The translations under genes and the position numbers were made by a program. Shown here piece by piece: positions 18,901 to 26,817 of a stretch of DNA of 64,000 nt. The notes beneath the pieces are model-generated. The model searched no databases. It worked only from the letters and a program-made list of their open reading frames with translations, and was not told where the DNA came from. Numbering within the stretch: the first letter of the stretch is position 1; each line of letters begins with the position of its first letter. Source of the DNA: Candidatus Latescibacterota bacterium (GTDB lineage Bacteria; Latescibacterota; UBA2968; GCA-2709665); contig OZ244937.1 of NCBI GenBank assembly GCA_965222075.1, forward strand, positions 2,272,001-2,336,000, written 5' to 3'.

Positions 18901-21057
18901 GGCAAAGGCGGCAGTGCAACCATTGTCGTGGAGATCACCCTCACCGATGAAAACGAACCACCGGACAGACCCGATGCACCTGTAGTCACGGCCTCAACGT
19001 TGAACAGCCTGAGCATCCGCTGGACAGCCCCCACCAACCCCGGCCCTGCCATCAACGGCTACGACGTGCAGTACAGGGCAGAGGGCGGCAGTTTCACCGA
19101 CTGGCCCCATACCGGCACGGGCACGACCACGACCATCACGGGCCTGACCGCAAACACCCGTTACGAGGTGCAGGTGCGGGCGCGCAACACTCGCAACACT
19201 CAGGGAGAGAGCAACTGGTCGCCATCGGTTACCGGAACGACCATAGCCAATCAGTCTCCAGTCTTCAGCGAGGGGACGACCACGATGCGCAGCATGGCCG
19301 AGAACACAGGCGCAGGTCAGAACATCGGCAACCCGGTCAGTGCGACGGATGGCGACAGCGACCGCCTCACCTACAGCCTCGAAGGTATGGATGCCTCTGC
19401 ATTCACCATCCAGTCCAATAGCGGTCAACTCATAACTGGATCGGGTGTGACGTATGACTATGAGACACAGGACAACTATTCGGTAACAGTGCGGGCACAG
19501 GACGACAAAGGCGGCAGTGTGACCATTATCGTGGAGATCACCCTCACCGATGAGAACGAACCGCCACGTAGACCCGATGCGCCCACAGTCACAGCCTCGT
19601 CGAATAGCCTGAGCATCCGTTGGGCAGCGCCGGAGAATACCGGGCCTGCCATCAGCGACTACGACGTACAGTACAGGGAGGCAGGTGGCAGTTTCACCGA
19701 CTGGCCCCATATTGGGCCGGGCCTGAACACGACGATTACGGGCTTGACCTCTGATACCCGTTATGAGGTGCAGGTCCGGGCGACCAACGACGAAGGCACG
19801 GGCGACTGGTCGCCATCGGGCAGTGGCACCCCCCTTAGTCCCCCTCCCGGCTTTGCCCCGGTAGACCAGAATGCATTCAACGCGCTTGTTGTTGACAAAG
19901 TCCTCTCAGTAGAAACCTATTATATTGAGTTTGTATCTGCTGGTCGCTTTGAGGAAAACAATGAATATCCGGGAAGCTATACATATTCAAATACCGGCTC
20001 GAATACCGGCACGCTTACGCAAAATTATGATGGGGGGCAGCTGGGTGGTACCTGTACAATCGAACTGACCTTCTCTTCAACAACCACAGGCACGTTACGC
20101 GCCAGATGTGGAAGCGACGAAAACTACGATCCACCCCAGGAGTGGCTGCTTTCCGATGCGCCCGACCCCAGCGCCTTCAATATCGAAGTCATTTGGGTCG
20201 GCGGCGAGCCATCTGAAGATCACAGGGCAGCCTTCAATGCCGCGGTTACGCGTTGGGAGAGCATCATCACGAGTGACATCCCTGATATTTTTGTTGATAT
20301 AGGGACCGGGGGTGAGACAGACGGCGTTAAGGTCTTCGGTCTCATAGACGACCTGCGGATCTACGCACGCCTCACGGATATTGATGGCGAAGGTGGAACC
20401 CTGGGCAGAGCAGGCCCCCGATTAAGGCGCGGACAATCGAAATTGCCGATCGTAGCGCGAATGGAATTCGACACGTCCGACCTGGGCGATTTTACGCCTG
20501 AAGCCCTGCAAGATCTCTTTCTGCATGAAATGGGGCACTGTTTGGGGGTCGGCACTTTGTGGGAACGCCTCGGCTTGTTAGAAAATCCCTCAATCGTCAC
20601 GTTTTTTATTTTTCCCGTAGAGGTGGATGATGCCGACACGCATTTCACGGGTGCAAGTGCGATTGAGGCGTTCAATGACGCTGGCGGAACGGACTACGCG
20701 GATGGAAAGGTGCCGGTGGAAAATGAGAAAGGGGGAGCGGGTACACGGGACGGTCACTGGCGGCAGTCTGTGTTCGGCCCCAATGAGCTCATGGAAGGAT
20801 TCGCTTCTCCCAGTGCTGCGATGCAACAACCGTTGAGCGCGATCACGATCCAGTCTCTGGCCGATCTGGGCTACATCGTCAATGTCAACCAGGCAGATGA
20901 GTACACGCTACCCTCTCCTGCCGCTACAAAATTGGCGATATCATCTGAGCACCTGATCCCGATCAACTGCATCATAATAGAACCCATCGGCGTGATTGAT
21001 GAGCACAGGCCGATCGAGTTGAAGCCCAAGCGTGTGAAGATGCCTGAGGATCAATGA
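12922..21057 (+). CDS. giant surface protein: cohesin-like, dockerin-like, 7 CARDB, 6 cadherin-like, 6 FN3, C-terminal leishmanolysin(M8)-like zinc peptidase
   Basis: ATG at 12922 preferred; PDL.VE CARDB repeats, NQ.P.FSEG..DYE cadherin repeats, W..P..YDVQYR..YEVQVRA FN3 repeats; HEMGHCLG with distal GHW and ELM. Confidence 0.85.
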   Translation: MKSPVKFLSFALGISILLSLILLIYPWSLSPQTSSFSLSLDLDNSAGDQAASSLDVSPDQIVSIQIFGKDIQNANGLSTLLEYDATQVIYKKFTVGDVLPNPLVEQDSTFGPAQAKAFVQIDMASLEGSTTANSSLIGTLRFHTTDAFSSTEIRLVRAGLGREGQFETVTTAISVALQVAAAPSPDFDGSGTVDFPDFLAFVSVFGSEEGQDNYDAKYDLNSDGKIVFEDFQILTHSFGKTVVAQKPPTPPKSPKVSAQSTPASSPDLIVESFSVSDSILDAGATFTLSATVRNQGTGTSPLLMNLDYYRSTDETISTSDTKVGWDLVRRLAASEISDESTRVWAPSSGGTYYYGACIEAVSGESDTDNNCSNAVTVTVGSPDLIVEPPSVSDSSPKAGASFTLSATVRNQGNGTSPFLMTLNYYLSTDATISTSDTKVGWDHVSRLAASGTSDESARVRAPSSDGTYYYGACIEAVSGESDTDNNCSNAVTVTVGSTTTPPTPNQPPVFSEGASATRSIAENTGAGQNIGNPVSATDGDGDRLTYSLEGRDASAFTIQSNSGQLVTRSGVTYDYETKNSYSVTVRAQDGKGGSATIIVEITLTDENEPPGRPDAPTVTASTLNSLSIRWTAPTNPGPAISDYDVQYRAEGGSFTDWPHTGTGTTTTITGLTANTRYEVQVRARNTQGESNWSPSVNGTTIANQSPAFSEGTSTTRSIAENTGAGQNINNPVSATDGDSDRLTYSLEGRDASAFTIQSNSGQLMTGSGVTYDYETKNSYSVTVRAQDGKGGSATIAVEITLTDENEPPGRPDAPTVTAASSTSLKVTWTAPDNPGPAISDYDVQYRAEGERSFTDWPHTGTGTTTTTITGLTASTRYEVQVRATSDEGTGDWSPPGSGMTSSGGGSGGGGSGGGGNNPDLIVESPSVSNSTLGPGESFRLNATVRNQGGSRSASTTLRYYLSTDETISTGDTEVDTDYVSRLDPSGISDESARLTAPPGEGTYYYGACVVAVTGESNTDNNCSSPVTVTVIGPDLVVESPSVSDSTLGPGESFYLNATVHNQGGSRSASTTLRYYLSTDETISTGDTEVDTDYVSRLDASESGDESARLTAPPGEGTYYYGACIEAVSGESNTDNNCSSPVSVTVVGPDLVVESPSVSDSSPKAGAYFTLSATVRNQGGSRSASTTLRYYLSTDETISTGDTELDTDYVSRLAASESGDESARVRAPSSEGTYYYGACIEAVSGESDTDNNCSNAVTVTVGSTTTPPTPNQPPVFSEGTSATRSIAENTGAGQNIGNPVSATDGDSDRLTYSLEGRDASAFTIQSNSGQLVTRSGVTYDYETKNSYSVTVRAQDGKGGSATIAVEITLTDENEPPDRPDAPTITASTLNSLSIRWTAPTNPGPAISDYDVQYRAEGGSFTDWPHTGTGTTTTITGLTANTRYEVQVRARNTQGESNWSPSVTGTTTTNQSPVFSEGTTTMRSIAENTGAGQNIGNPVSATDDDSDRLTYSLEGRDASAFTIQSNSGQLITRLGERYDYETQDSYSVTVRAQDGKGGSATIAVEITLTDENEPPGRPDAPTVTAASSTSLKVTWTAPDNPGPAISDYDVQYRAEGERSFTDWPHTGTGTTTTRTGLTANTRYEVQVRATSDEGTGDWSLSGSGTTSSDGGNNPDLTVELPSVSNSTLAPEQSFRLSATVRNQGGSQSASTTLRYYLSTDETISTGDTEVDTDYVSRLDPSEISDESARLKAPSSDGTYYYGACVVAVSGESDTDNNCSGPVTVTVVGPDLVVESPSVDNNTPTPGRLIKLSATVRNQGGGRSSFTTLRYYQSTDETIDSSDTEVYKNYVSSLDPSEISDKWILFSAPSSAGTYYYGACVEAVTGESDTDNNCSRAVTVTIRSAPPPPAPNQPPVFSEGASTTRSIAENTGAGQNIGNPVSATDDDSDRLTYSLQGRDASAFTIQSNSGQLVTRSGVTYDYETQDSYSVTVRAQDGKGGSATIVVEITLTDENEPPDRPDAPVVTASTLNSLSIRWTAPTNPGPAINGYDVQYRAEGGSFTDWPHTGTGTTTTITGLTANTRYEVQVRARNTRNTQGESNWSPSVTGTTIANQSPVFSEGTTTMRSMAENTGAGQNIGNPVSATDGDSDRLTYSLEGMDASAFTIQSNSGQLITGSGVTYDYETQDNYSVTVRAQDDKGGSVTIIVEITLTDENEPPRRPDAPTVTASSNSLSIRWAAPENTGPAISDYDVQYREAGGSFTDWPHIGPGLNTTITGLTSDTRYEVQVRATNDEGTGDWSPSGSGTPLSPPPGFAPVDQNAFNALVVDKVLSVETYYIEFVSAGRFEENNEYPGSYTYSNTGSNTGTLTQNYDGGQLGGTCTIELTFSSTTTGTLRARCGSDENYDPPQEWLLSDAPDPSAFNIEVIWVGGEPSEDHRAAFNAAVTRWESIITSDIPDIFVDIGTGGETDGVKVFGLIDDLRIYARLTDIDGEGGTLGRAGPRLRRGQSKLPIVARMEFDTSDLGDFTPEALQDLFLHEMGHCLGVGTLWERLGLLENPSIVTFFIFPVEVDDADTHFTGASAIEAFNDAGGTDYADGKVPVENEKGGAGTRDGHWRQSVFGPNELMEGFASPSAAMQQPLSAITIQSLADLGYIVNVNQADEYTLPSPAATKLAISSEHLIPINCIIIEPIGVIDEHRPIELKPKRVKMPEDQ

Positions 21058-21088
21058 AATTCCGATACCGAGAAATTGCTGAAATACA

Positions 21089-22525
21089 ATGCTAAATCTC
21101 ACACCCTTGTCTTTTGTCATGTCCATTCTTAAACCCATGACACTCTGTTCTCTATTCACATCACTGCTCTTGATCCCATCGTTTGCACAACACTTTTTAG
21201 GCGCGTTTTCAGGGTTGGTACTCCAGGTTGATACGCAACTCGAAAGTCCTGTGCAAAACAACAATGTGCAGACCCTTCCCGAACAAGAGACGGGGGATAC
21301 GATCCGGTTTCAGCTTTTCGTACCAGCAGGCGCGGGTCACTCTACCAATGGTTATACAGTAGAACTCGATCTGCCGGGCAAGACATTTTCCAGCTATATC
21401 GGGAATGTATCAGGCAAGGATTGGACAGGAGGAGCGCTGATAGGCACTGGCTCTACAAAGTCCGCGTTATTCACCACGGGTGTTTCTGTGCCCTCAACGG
21501 GTTATTTGGGGCAGCTTGATTTACAGGTGATGAGGCCGCTTAAGGATGGGGCGACACTGATCGTCAAAAGCCTTTCAATAACCAGTGGGAGCAATGTTGA
21601 CGTGTTGGATGTGTCAAATGCGATCATCTCTTTTACTGTACTGACAACTGGTCCCGGTGATTTTGATGGCAGTGGGGACGTAAATTTGGCGGATTTTCTG
21701 CTCTTTGCCGCAGTTTTTAACAAGTCATCATCGGATGTGGAGTTTGATGCGCGGATGGATTTTGATGGCAATGGGAACGTAAATTTGGCAGATTTTCTGG
21801 TGTTTGCGGAGGTGTTTGGCACAACGTATTCCACAGGCGGCGGGCAAGGCGGTGGAGGGCAAGAAGGGATCGGCCCGAATCAGGCGCCGAGGGCGGTAGA
21901 AAACATCGCCGACCAGGACATGATCCAGGGAGAGGGTGACGCTGTGTTGGATGTATCCCCGTACTTCCGGGACGGGGATAGAGACGAGTTGACGTTCGCA
22001 GCGGTGTCGAGCGACGAATCGGTCGCGACGGTCGTGATATCCGGTTCGACGGCGACAATCAAACCTGTATCGCCAGGTAGTGCCGCGGTGACGGTGACAG
22101 CCATGGATCCGGGTGGATTGAGCGCCACGCAGCGTTTCCGGGTGTATGTGGAAGCCCCCGGCCCCCCACTGACAGGACCCTATGAACCGCTGGAATGGAT
22201 CAGCGTCTCTCCCGGCCGGATCGTGTGGCGGCCCGTCTCCTTCATTCCCTTCAGGTGCCTCGGTTGGTCGGTTGCCACCGTAAACGGCGTTACGTACGAA
22301 ATCCACTTTTCTCAGTGGCAGAGGAGAGACAACTCAAGAAGCCCCTGGACCGATATCCCCGGTACGAGAAAAGCCAGAAAAATGTGCGGCTACACCCCTG
22401 ACACATCGGGTGAATACAGACTCGTTATGGAGCTATCGATCAACGGAATCCGGGGACGATACGCCAGTTCGAACACGATTACCGCGATATGCGATGGCGG
22501 GGAGTGTCGATTTTTCCAGCTATAG
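21089..22525 (+). CDS. secreted protein: beta-sandwich (cohesin-like?), dockerin-like, Ig-like and C-terminal unknown domain
   Basis: signal peptide; GDFDGSG..DFDGNG double Ca-loop; NQAP..F.D.D Ig/cadherin-like domain; tail shared with 37912-41070. Confidence 0.8.
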   Translation: MLNLTPLSFVMSILKPMTLCSLFTSLLLIPSFAQHFLGAFSGLVLQVDTQLESPVQNNNVQTLPEQETGDTIRFQLFVPAGAGHSTNGYTVELDLPGKTFSSYIGNVSGKDWTGGALIGTGSTKSALFTTGVSVPSTGYLGQLDLQVMRPLKDGATLIVKSLSITSGSNVDVLDVSNAIISFTVLTTGPGDFDGSGDVNLADFLLFAAVFNKSSSDVEFDARMDFDGNGNVNLADFLVFAEVFGTTYSTGGGQGGGGQEGIGPNQAPRAVENIADQDMIQGEGDAVLDVSPYFRDGDRDELTFAAVSSDESVATVVISGSTATIKPVSPGSAAVTVTAMDPGGLSATQRFRVYVEAPGPPLTGPYEPLEWISVSPGRIVWRPVSFIPFRCLGWSVATVNGVTYEIHFSQWQRRDNSRSPWTDIPGTRKARKMCGYTPDTSGEYRLVMELSINGIRGRYASSNTITAICDGGECRFFQL

Positions 22526-22738
22526 GCGGATGCGACGTGTACCTGCTCATTTCCCGCCAGCCGTTTCCGGGCACAAGATGACCTGAAATGAACATGATTT
22601 GGAGCAACCTGAACCCATGAAAACCTCCGTTCTCCAATCCGCGTTTCCTGCCTTAATGGCATTCGTACTCTCGCTCCCGACCGTCGGCTATGCCTCTTCC
22701 TCCGCATTCGAGTGGCTGCTCCTCTACCGACACGCAGG
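21871..22738 (+). repeat. 868-bp direct repeat, copy 1 (copy 2 at 40416-41283)
   Basis: near-identical sequence at constant offset 18545. Confidence 0.95.
22617..22711 (+). pseudogene. orphan signal-peptide stub of a truncated zincin-WD40 paralog (second copy 41162-41256)
   Basis: MKTSVLQSAFPALMAFVLSLPTVGYASSS resembles MKPPVLRFTLFAMLGVFLCLPVAGHASPP and breaks at the Tes-3' repeat. Confidence 0.5.
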
Positions 22739-22777
22739 CTACGACTCACCTACAACCTGCGAGGAAAGACACCAGAC

Positions 22778-25084
22778 ATGGGCTTGACACCCAAGCCTGA
22801 AACCGTCCACGAAACCGGGGTAACTCCAGGACAGCGGCAAAGACGATACGCAAATTGCCGGTTGGTTCAACGCTTTTTTGCTTTGGGTTTGTTTTTTTGG
22901 TGTTTGAGTTCCGTTCTATTTTACGCTTTTCCCACTTTTTCAGAACAAAGACCCCGAGTCGCTCTTGTGTTCAGTGGGGGTTCACGTGGAGGAGCGCATA
23001 TAGGGGCATTGCGTGCGCTCGAGCGCGGAGGCGTGCCGATTGATTTGATTGTGGGCGTGAGTTATGGCGCATTGGTTGGAGGATTGTACGCTGCCGGATA
23101 TTCCGTTGATGACCTTGAACGCATTATTCTGGAGACGGACTGGGAGAAAATGGCTGACGACAATCCCGACCGCCGACTGTTGAATATGAATCGCAAACCC
23201 ATAAGCGATCGACAGATGATAGAATTCAGGCTGGATAAATTGGAACCGAGTTTGCCGCTGGGGCTGGGGATTTTTTCAGGGCAAAAGATGCAGCAGTTTC
23301 TCAATCGATTGACCATCGGCGCAACGAGCAAGGCGCGAAACGACTTTGATCGGCTTCCAACGCCCTTTCGCGCAATTGCAACAGATGTTTTATCTGGCGA
23401 ACAGGTCGTGCTTAAGAGTGGCCTGCTCGGCACGGCACTCCGAGCGAGTGTTACATGGCCTGGGCTGTTTGCACCGGTGAGCACTGAACAAACCCATCTC
23501 GTGGATGGTGGTATTATCAACAATTTGCCCGTAGATGTCGCATTGGACGCCGGGGCCGATTTTGTTATTGCCATTGATTGTACAACGCCATTGAAGTCTC
23601 AAAAGCATGAGATTGAAAATCTGATCAATGTGATCGGTCAGATCATTGGTTTTCAAACTGAAAAGCGAAACATAGCAAATCGAAAACGCGCCCATGTGTT
23701 GATCAGGCCCAACTTGAGTGAATTTGATGCGATCAATTTTGATCAAGAGCACCTTCTGATCCCAGTCGGAGAAAAAGAAGCCGAAAAACATCTGGATGCG
23801 ATTTGGAAGACTCTGCAATCGCTTGGGATTTCGAGGCGCGTTGGAAAGCCGAGACCGTCCGTATTACCGGACGATTTTAATCCTGAAACCTGGCCAGGAA
23901 TGCCATTGGATATGATGATTGACCGGGTTCAGATTGAGGGATTGGAACGCTATACCCGAGAGGTTTTTACATCGCGGTTGAAGAAGCTCGTTAATAGGCC
24001 CATATCGTTTCGAGAACTGGATAGGGAAGCAGCCCTGCTTTATGCGACAGGATTATTTCAAACGGTGGATTATCAGATTCTCTATCGGGATAACCAGATC
24101 GATTTGGTCTTTGTTGTGCGCGAAACCAATCCTTGGGAAGTGAAAGTGGGATTTCATTACGACCATGATTTTCAGTTTTTGATGTTGGGAGAATTTGCGC
24201 GTCAAAATACTTTTGGGCGCGTGCCGAGATTCTATGTTCGCGGTTTGGGTTTGTCCGACAAATTGCACTTTGCCGAAACGGGTCTGATTTTTCGTCCACC
24301 TATTGGCCCGCGTATTTTGGGCGAGGCTCAATGGTGGGATCAAGAACGGTTGTATTTTCAAAATGGGCACCGCCAGGGCGAGTATCGGGAAGGGCGTTTT
24401 CGCACGCGTTTGGGACTGCAGGTTTTGTTCCACAGTTGGGGAAGTTTCAAAGCGGGGTATCTGGTTGAGCATGTCCGCATTCGCAATACGGTCCATTCAA
24501 TGGACAATGTGTCCGAATATGTACCCGGCTATTGGCTGTCTGCAAGCGTTGACACCCGAGACGATGGGATATTGCCAAAGCGAGGCATCTATTTTCAAAC
24601 GCAGGCAAAGTGGGCTCACCGGACATTTTCATACCAACAGGTGCAAACACAGCTTGCGTACTTCGCCAGTCCCCATCCGAAATTAAGTGTGGGTGTTTGG
24701 TCTCATGGAGGCTATGTGCCGCAGTCTGCACCAATTTACGAACGCTTTCACATGGGAGGTGCAAGGCATTTTAGCATGGCAGCATTGCGCGTGATCGGTC
24801 TTAGGCGAGATGAACTCAGGGCTTCCAGGTTCGTATCGGCGGGTATTTCTGTTTGGAACCATGTGAAACTTTGGGATGACCTGTCGCGCAGCGCAGTTGG
24901 AATTTTCTATCAGGGCGGCCTGTACAATTCGGCGCCCGATTCGAATCAACCAAATACCTGTATTCACGGTTTTGGCATGGGATTTTATATTGGCACGCGG
25001 TTTTTGGGGCCCATTCGCGTTGATGTTGTGGGCAAAAATAAAAAAGATATCCAGATTTATACCGCAATCGGATTTGCGTTTTGA
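22778..25084 (+). CDS. patatin-like phospholipase with POTRA and Omp85 barrel (PlpD/type Vd-like)
   Basis: GG.RG.AHIG, GVSYG nucleophile, DGG; POTRA-like segment; C-terminal barrel ending in F; start uncertain. Confidence 0.85.
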   Translation: MGLTPKPETVHETGVTPGQRQRRYANCRLVQRFFALGLFFWCLSSVLFYAFPTFSEQRPRVALVFSGGSRGGAHIGALRALERGGVPIDLIVGVSYGALVGGLYAAGYSVDDLERIILETDWEKMADDNPDRRLLNMNRKPISDRQMIEFRLDKLEPSLPLGLGIFSGQKMQQFLNRLTIGATSKARNDFDRLPTPFRAIATDVLSGEQVVLKSGLLGTALRASVTWPGLFAPVSTEQTHLVDGGIINNLPVDVALDAGADFVIAIDCTTPLKSQKHEIENLINVIGQIIGFQTEKRNIANRKRAHVLIRPNLSEFDAINFDQEHLLIPVGEKEAEKHLDAIWKTLQSLGISRRVGKPRPSVLPDDFNPETWPGMPLDMMIDRVQIEGLERYTREVFTSRLKKLVNRPISFRELDREAALLYATGLFQTVDYQILYRDNQIDLVFVVRETNPWEVKVGFHYDHDFQFLMLGEFARQNTFGRVPRFYVRGLGLSDKLHFAETGLIFRPPIGPRILGEAQWWDQERLYFQNGHRQGEYREGRFRTRLGLQVLFHSWGSFKAGYLVEHVRIRNTVHSMDNVSEYVPGYWLSASVDTRDDGILPKRGIYFQTQAKWAHRTFSYQQVQTQLAYFASPHPKLSVGVWSHGGYVPQSAPIYERFHMGGARHFSMAALRVIGLRRDELRASRFVSAGISVWNHVKLWDDLSRSAVGIFYQGGLYNSAPDSNQPNTCIHGFGMGFYIGTRFLGPIRVDVVGKNKKDIQIYTAIGFAF

Positions 25085-25277
25085 TACGTTGGAAAAAGGG
25101 GAAAGAAAAGGTTACGGTAGTCCAGTACTTGAGTAACAGAAGTGTAGGTAACTGACTAATTTACAATAAGATCCGATATGTTAACGGTCAATATGGCAAA
25201 GTTGCTTTAAAATCAGCCATTATGCACTGAATTTTCGGTCAAGGTGTCGTTTTTGAGGATATAAAAGGAGGGCCACC

Positions 25278-26765
25278 GTGAAAGTACTTCTGATCAGTCC
25301 GCCACTTCACAGCCTCTACCACGCCGTCAGGATCATCATTCCACCCCTGGGTCTTCTCTATATCGCCGGCAAGCTCGACGCAGACGGTCACGACGTCGAA
25401 GTGCGGGATATGTCATTTTTCGATGGGCCGGAGACCTATGACGACTACGACCTGGTCGGCATTACGTGCACGACTCCCCAGTACCCGGCGGCGCTTCAGT
25501 ATGCCAGGCATGCCCACGATGCCGGGTGCCGCACCCTGATCGGCGGCACGCACGTCACCTTCACCACCCAGACCACCCTTCGCCTCGTTTATGTCGATTT
25601 CGTCATCCGGGGCGAGGGCGAGCAGGCCACCTCTATTTTGGTGCGCAACCTGGAGGAGGAAGGCTCCCGGTTCGATCCCCGGAAGGTCCCCAGCCTCTCC
25701 TGGTACGATCCGGAAACCAAAACCGTGGTGAACAATCCCCAGATCCCCGACATCGGCACCGTAGACGATCTCCCCCGTCCGGGACGTCATCTGCTTGATA
25801 TGGAGCCCTACAAAGTCACCGAACTCCTGGGAAATCCGGTAACTACCATGATCACCAGTCGGGGGTGTCCCTACAACTGCACCTTCTGTTCGGTGCCCAC
25901 CCTCTACCAGAAGCGCAAGTGGCGTTCTCGGGAGGCCGTCCTGGCCGTAGACGAGATAGAATACCTGGAGGAAACCTACGGCTTTGGCGGGGTACTCCTG
26001 GTCGACGACCTGCTGACAACCAACCATGTACGCGTCCACGAACTCTGTGCGGAAATCATCGACCGGGGCCTGAAGATAAACTGGTGGTGTCAGTCCCGCG
26101 CAGATATCCTGGTAAAACACCCCGAACTGGTGGAACACATGGCGGCGTCGGGCTGTTCCAACGTTTTCCTCGGCCTCGAGTCGGGAAACGAACACGTCCT
26201 GACCCACTGGAACAAAAAGATGAAGCTCGATATTGGCGGACAGGCCGTGGAACTGCTGCGCCAGCACGACATCCGGGCGCTCACCGCCTTCATTATCGGC
26301 ATGGAATTCGAGACCGAGGAGGATATCGACCGGACGATCGAATACGCCATCACCCTGGATGCCCACCAGGCGCAGTTCTCTATTCTCACCCCTTATCCGG
26401 GCACGGCCGACTGGGACCGAAACATCCCGCGCATCTTCGACAACAACTGGGCGAACTACACCGGCAGCAAGGTCGTCTTCCACCGGGATACGCTGCCGCC
26501 TGAAGTCATCGAGGCCAAACTCCGCAAAGCGTATATCTCGTTCTACAACCCCCTTCGCCGGTGGGATAAGCTCCTGAAAAACGTACCCGGGTTGAAGCCC
26601 GGTGAACTCTGGAGCGTCTGGCGCAAACTGCGCACCCAGCGCAAAGAGGTGATTTCCGAGATGGACCCCGTATCGAACCTCATCCCCCTGGCGCCCGAAT
26701 CGCGGGAGGAATGGCTGGCCGCTCAACCAAAGCCCCCGGTCGAGGGACTGATTGCCGCATCTTAA
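25278..26765 (+). CDS. B12-binding (class B) radical SAM protein
   Basis: AAGGAGG SD; PPLGLLYIA, GGTHVT, RGEGE, TSRGCPYNCTFC (CX3CX2C). Confidence 0.9.
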   Translation: MKVLLISPPLHSLYHAVRIIIPPLGLLYIAGKLDADGHDVEVRDMSFFDGPETYDDYDLVGITCTTPQYPAALQYARHAHDAGCRTLIGGTHVTFTTQTTLRLVYVDFVIRGEGEQATSILVRNLEEEGSRFDPRKVPSLSWYDPETKTVVNNPQIPDIGTVDDLPRPGRHLLDMEPYKVTELLGNPVTTMITSRGCPYNCTFCSVPTLYQKRKWRSREAVLAVDEIEYLEETYGFGGVLLVDDLLTTNHVRVHELCAEIIDRGLKINWWCQSRADILVKHPELVEHMAASGCSNVFLGLESGNEHVLTHWNKKMKLDIGGQAVELLRQHDIRALTAFIIGMEFETEEDIDRTIEYAITLDAHQAQFSILTPYPGTADWDRNIPRIFDNNWANYTGSKVVFHRDTLPPEVIEAKLRKAYISFYNPLRRWDKLLKNVPGLKPGELWSVWRKLRTQRKEVISEMDPVSNLIPLAPESREEWLAAQPKPPVEGLIAAS

Positions 26766-26817
26766 ACCTTACGCCCCAATGGCCAAACAAATTCTGACAC
26801 AGAGGAGTGTTACCCAA

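Noticed and set aside
25194-25210. sigma54-like TGGCAAAGTTGC upstream of the B12 radical SAM gene
   Set aside because: GG-to-GC spacing is wrong
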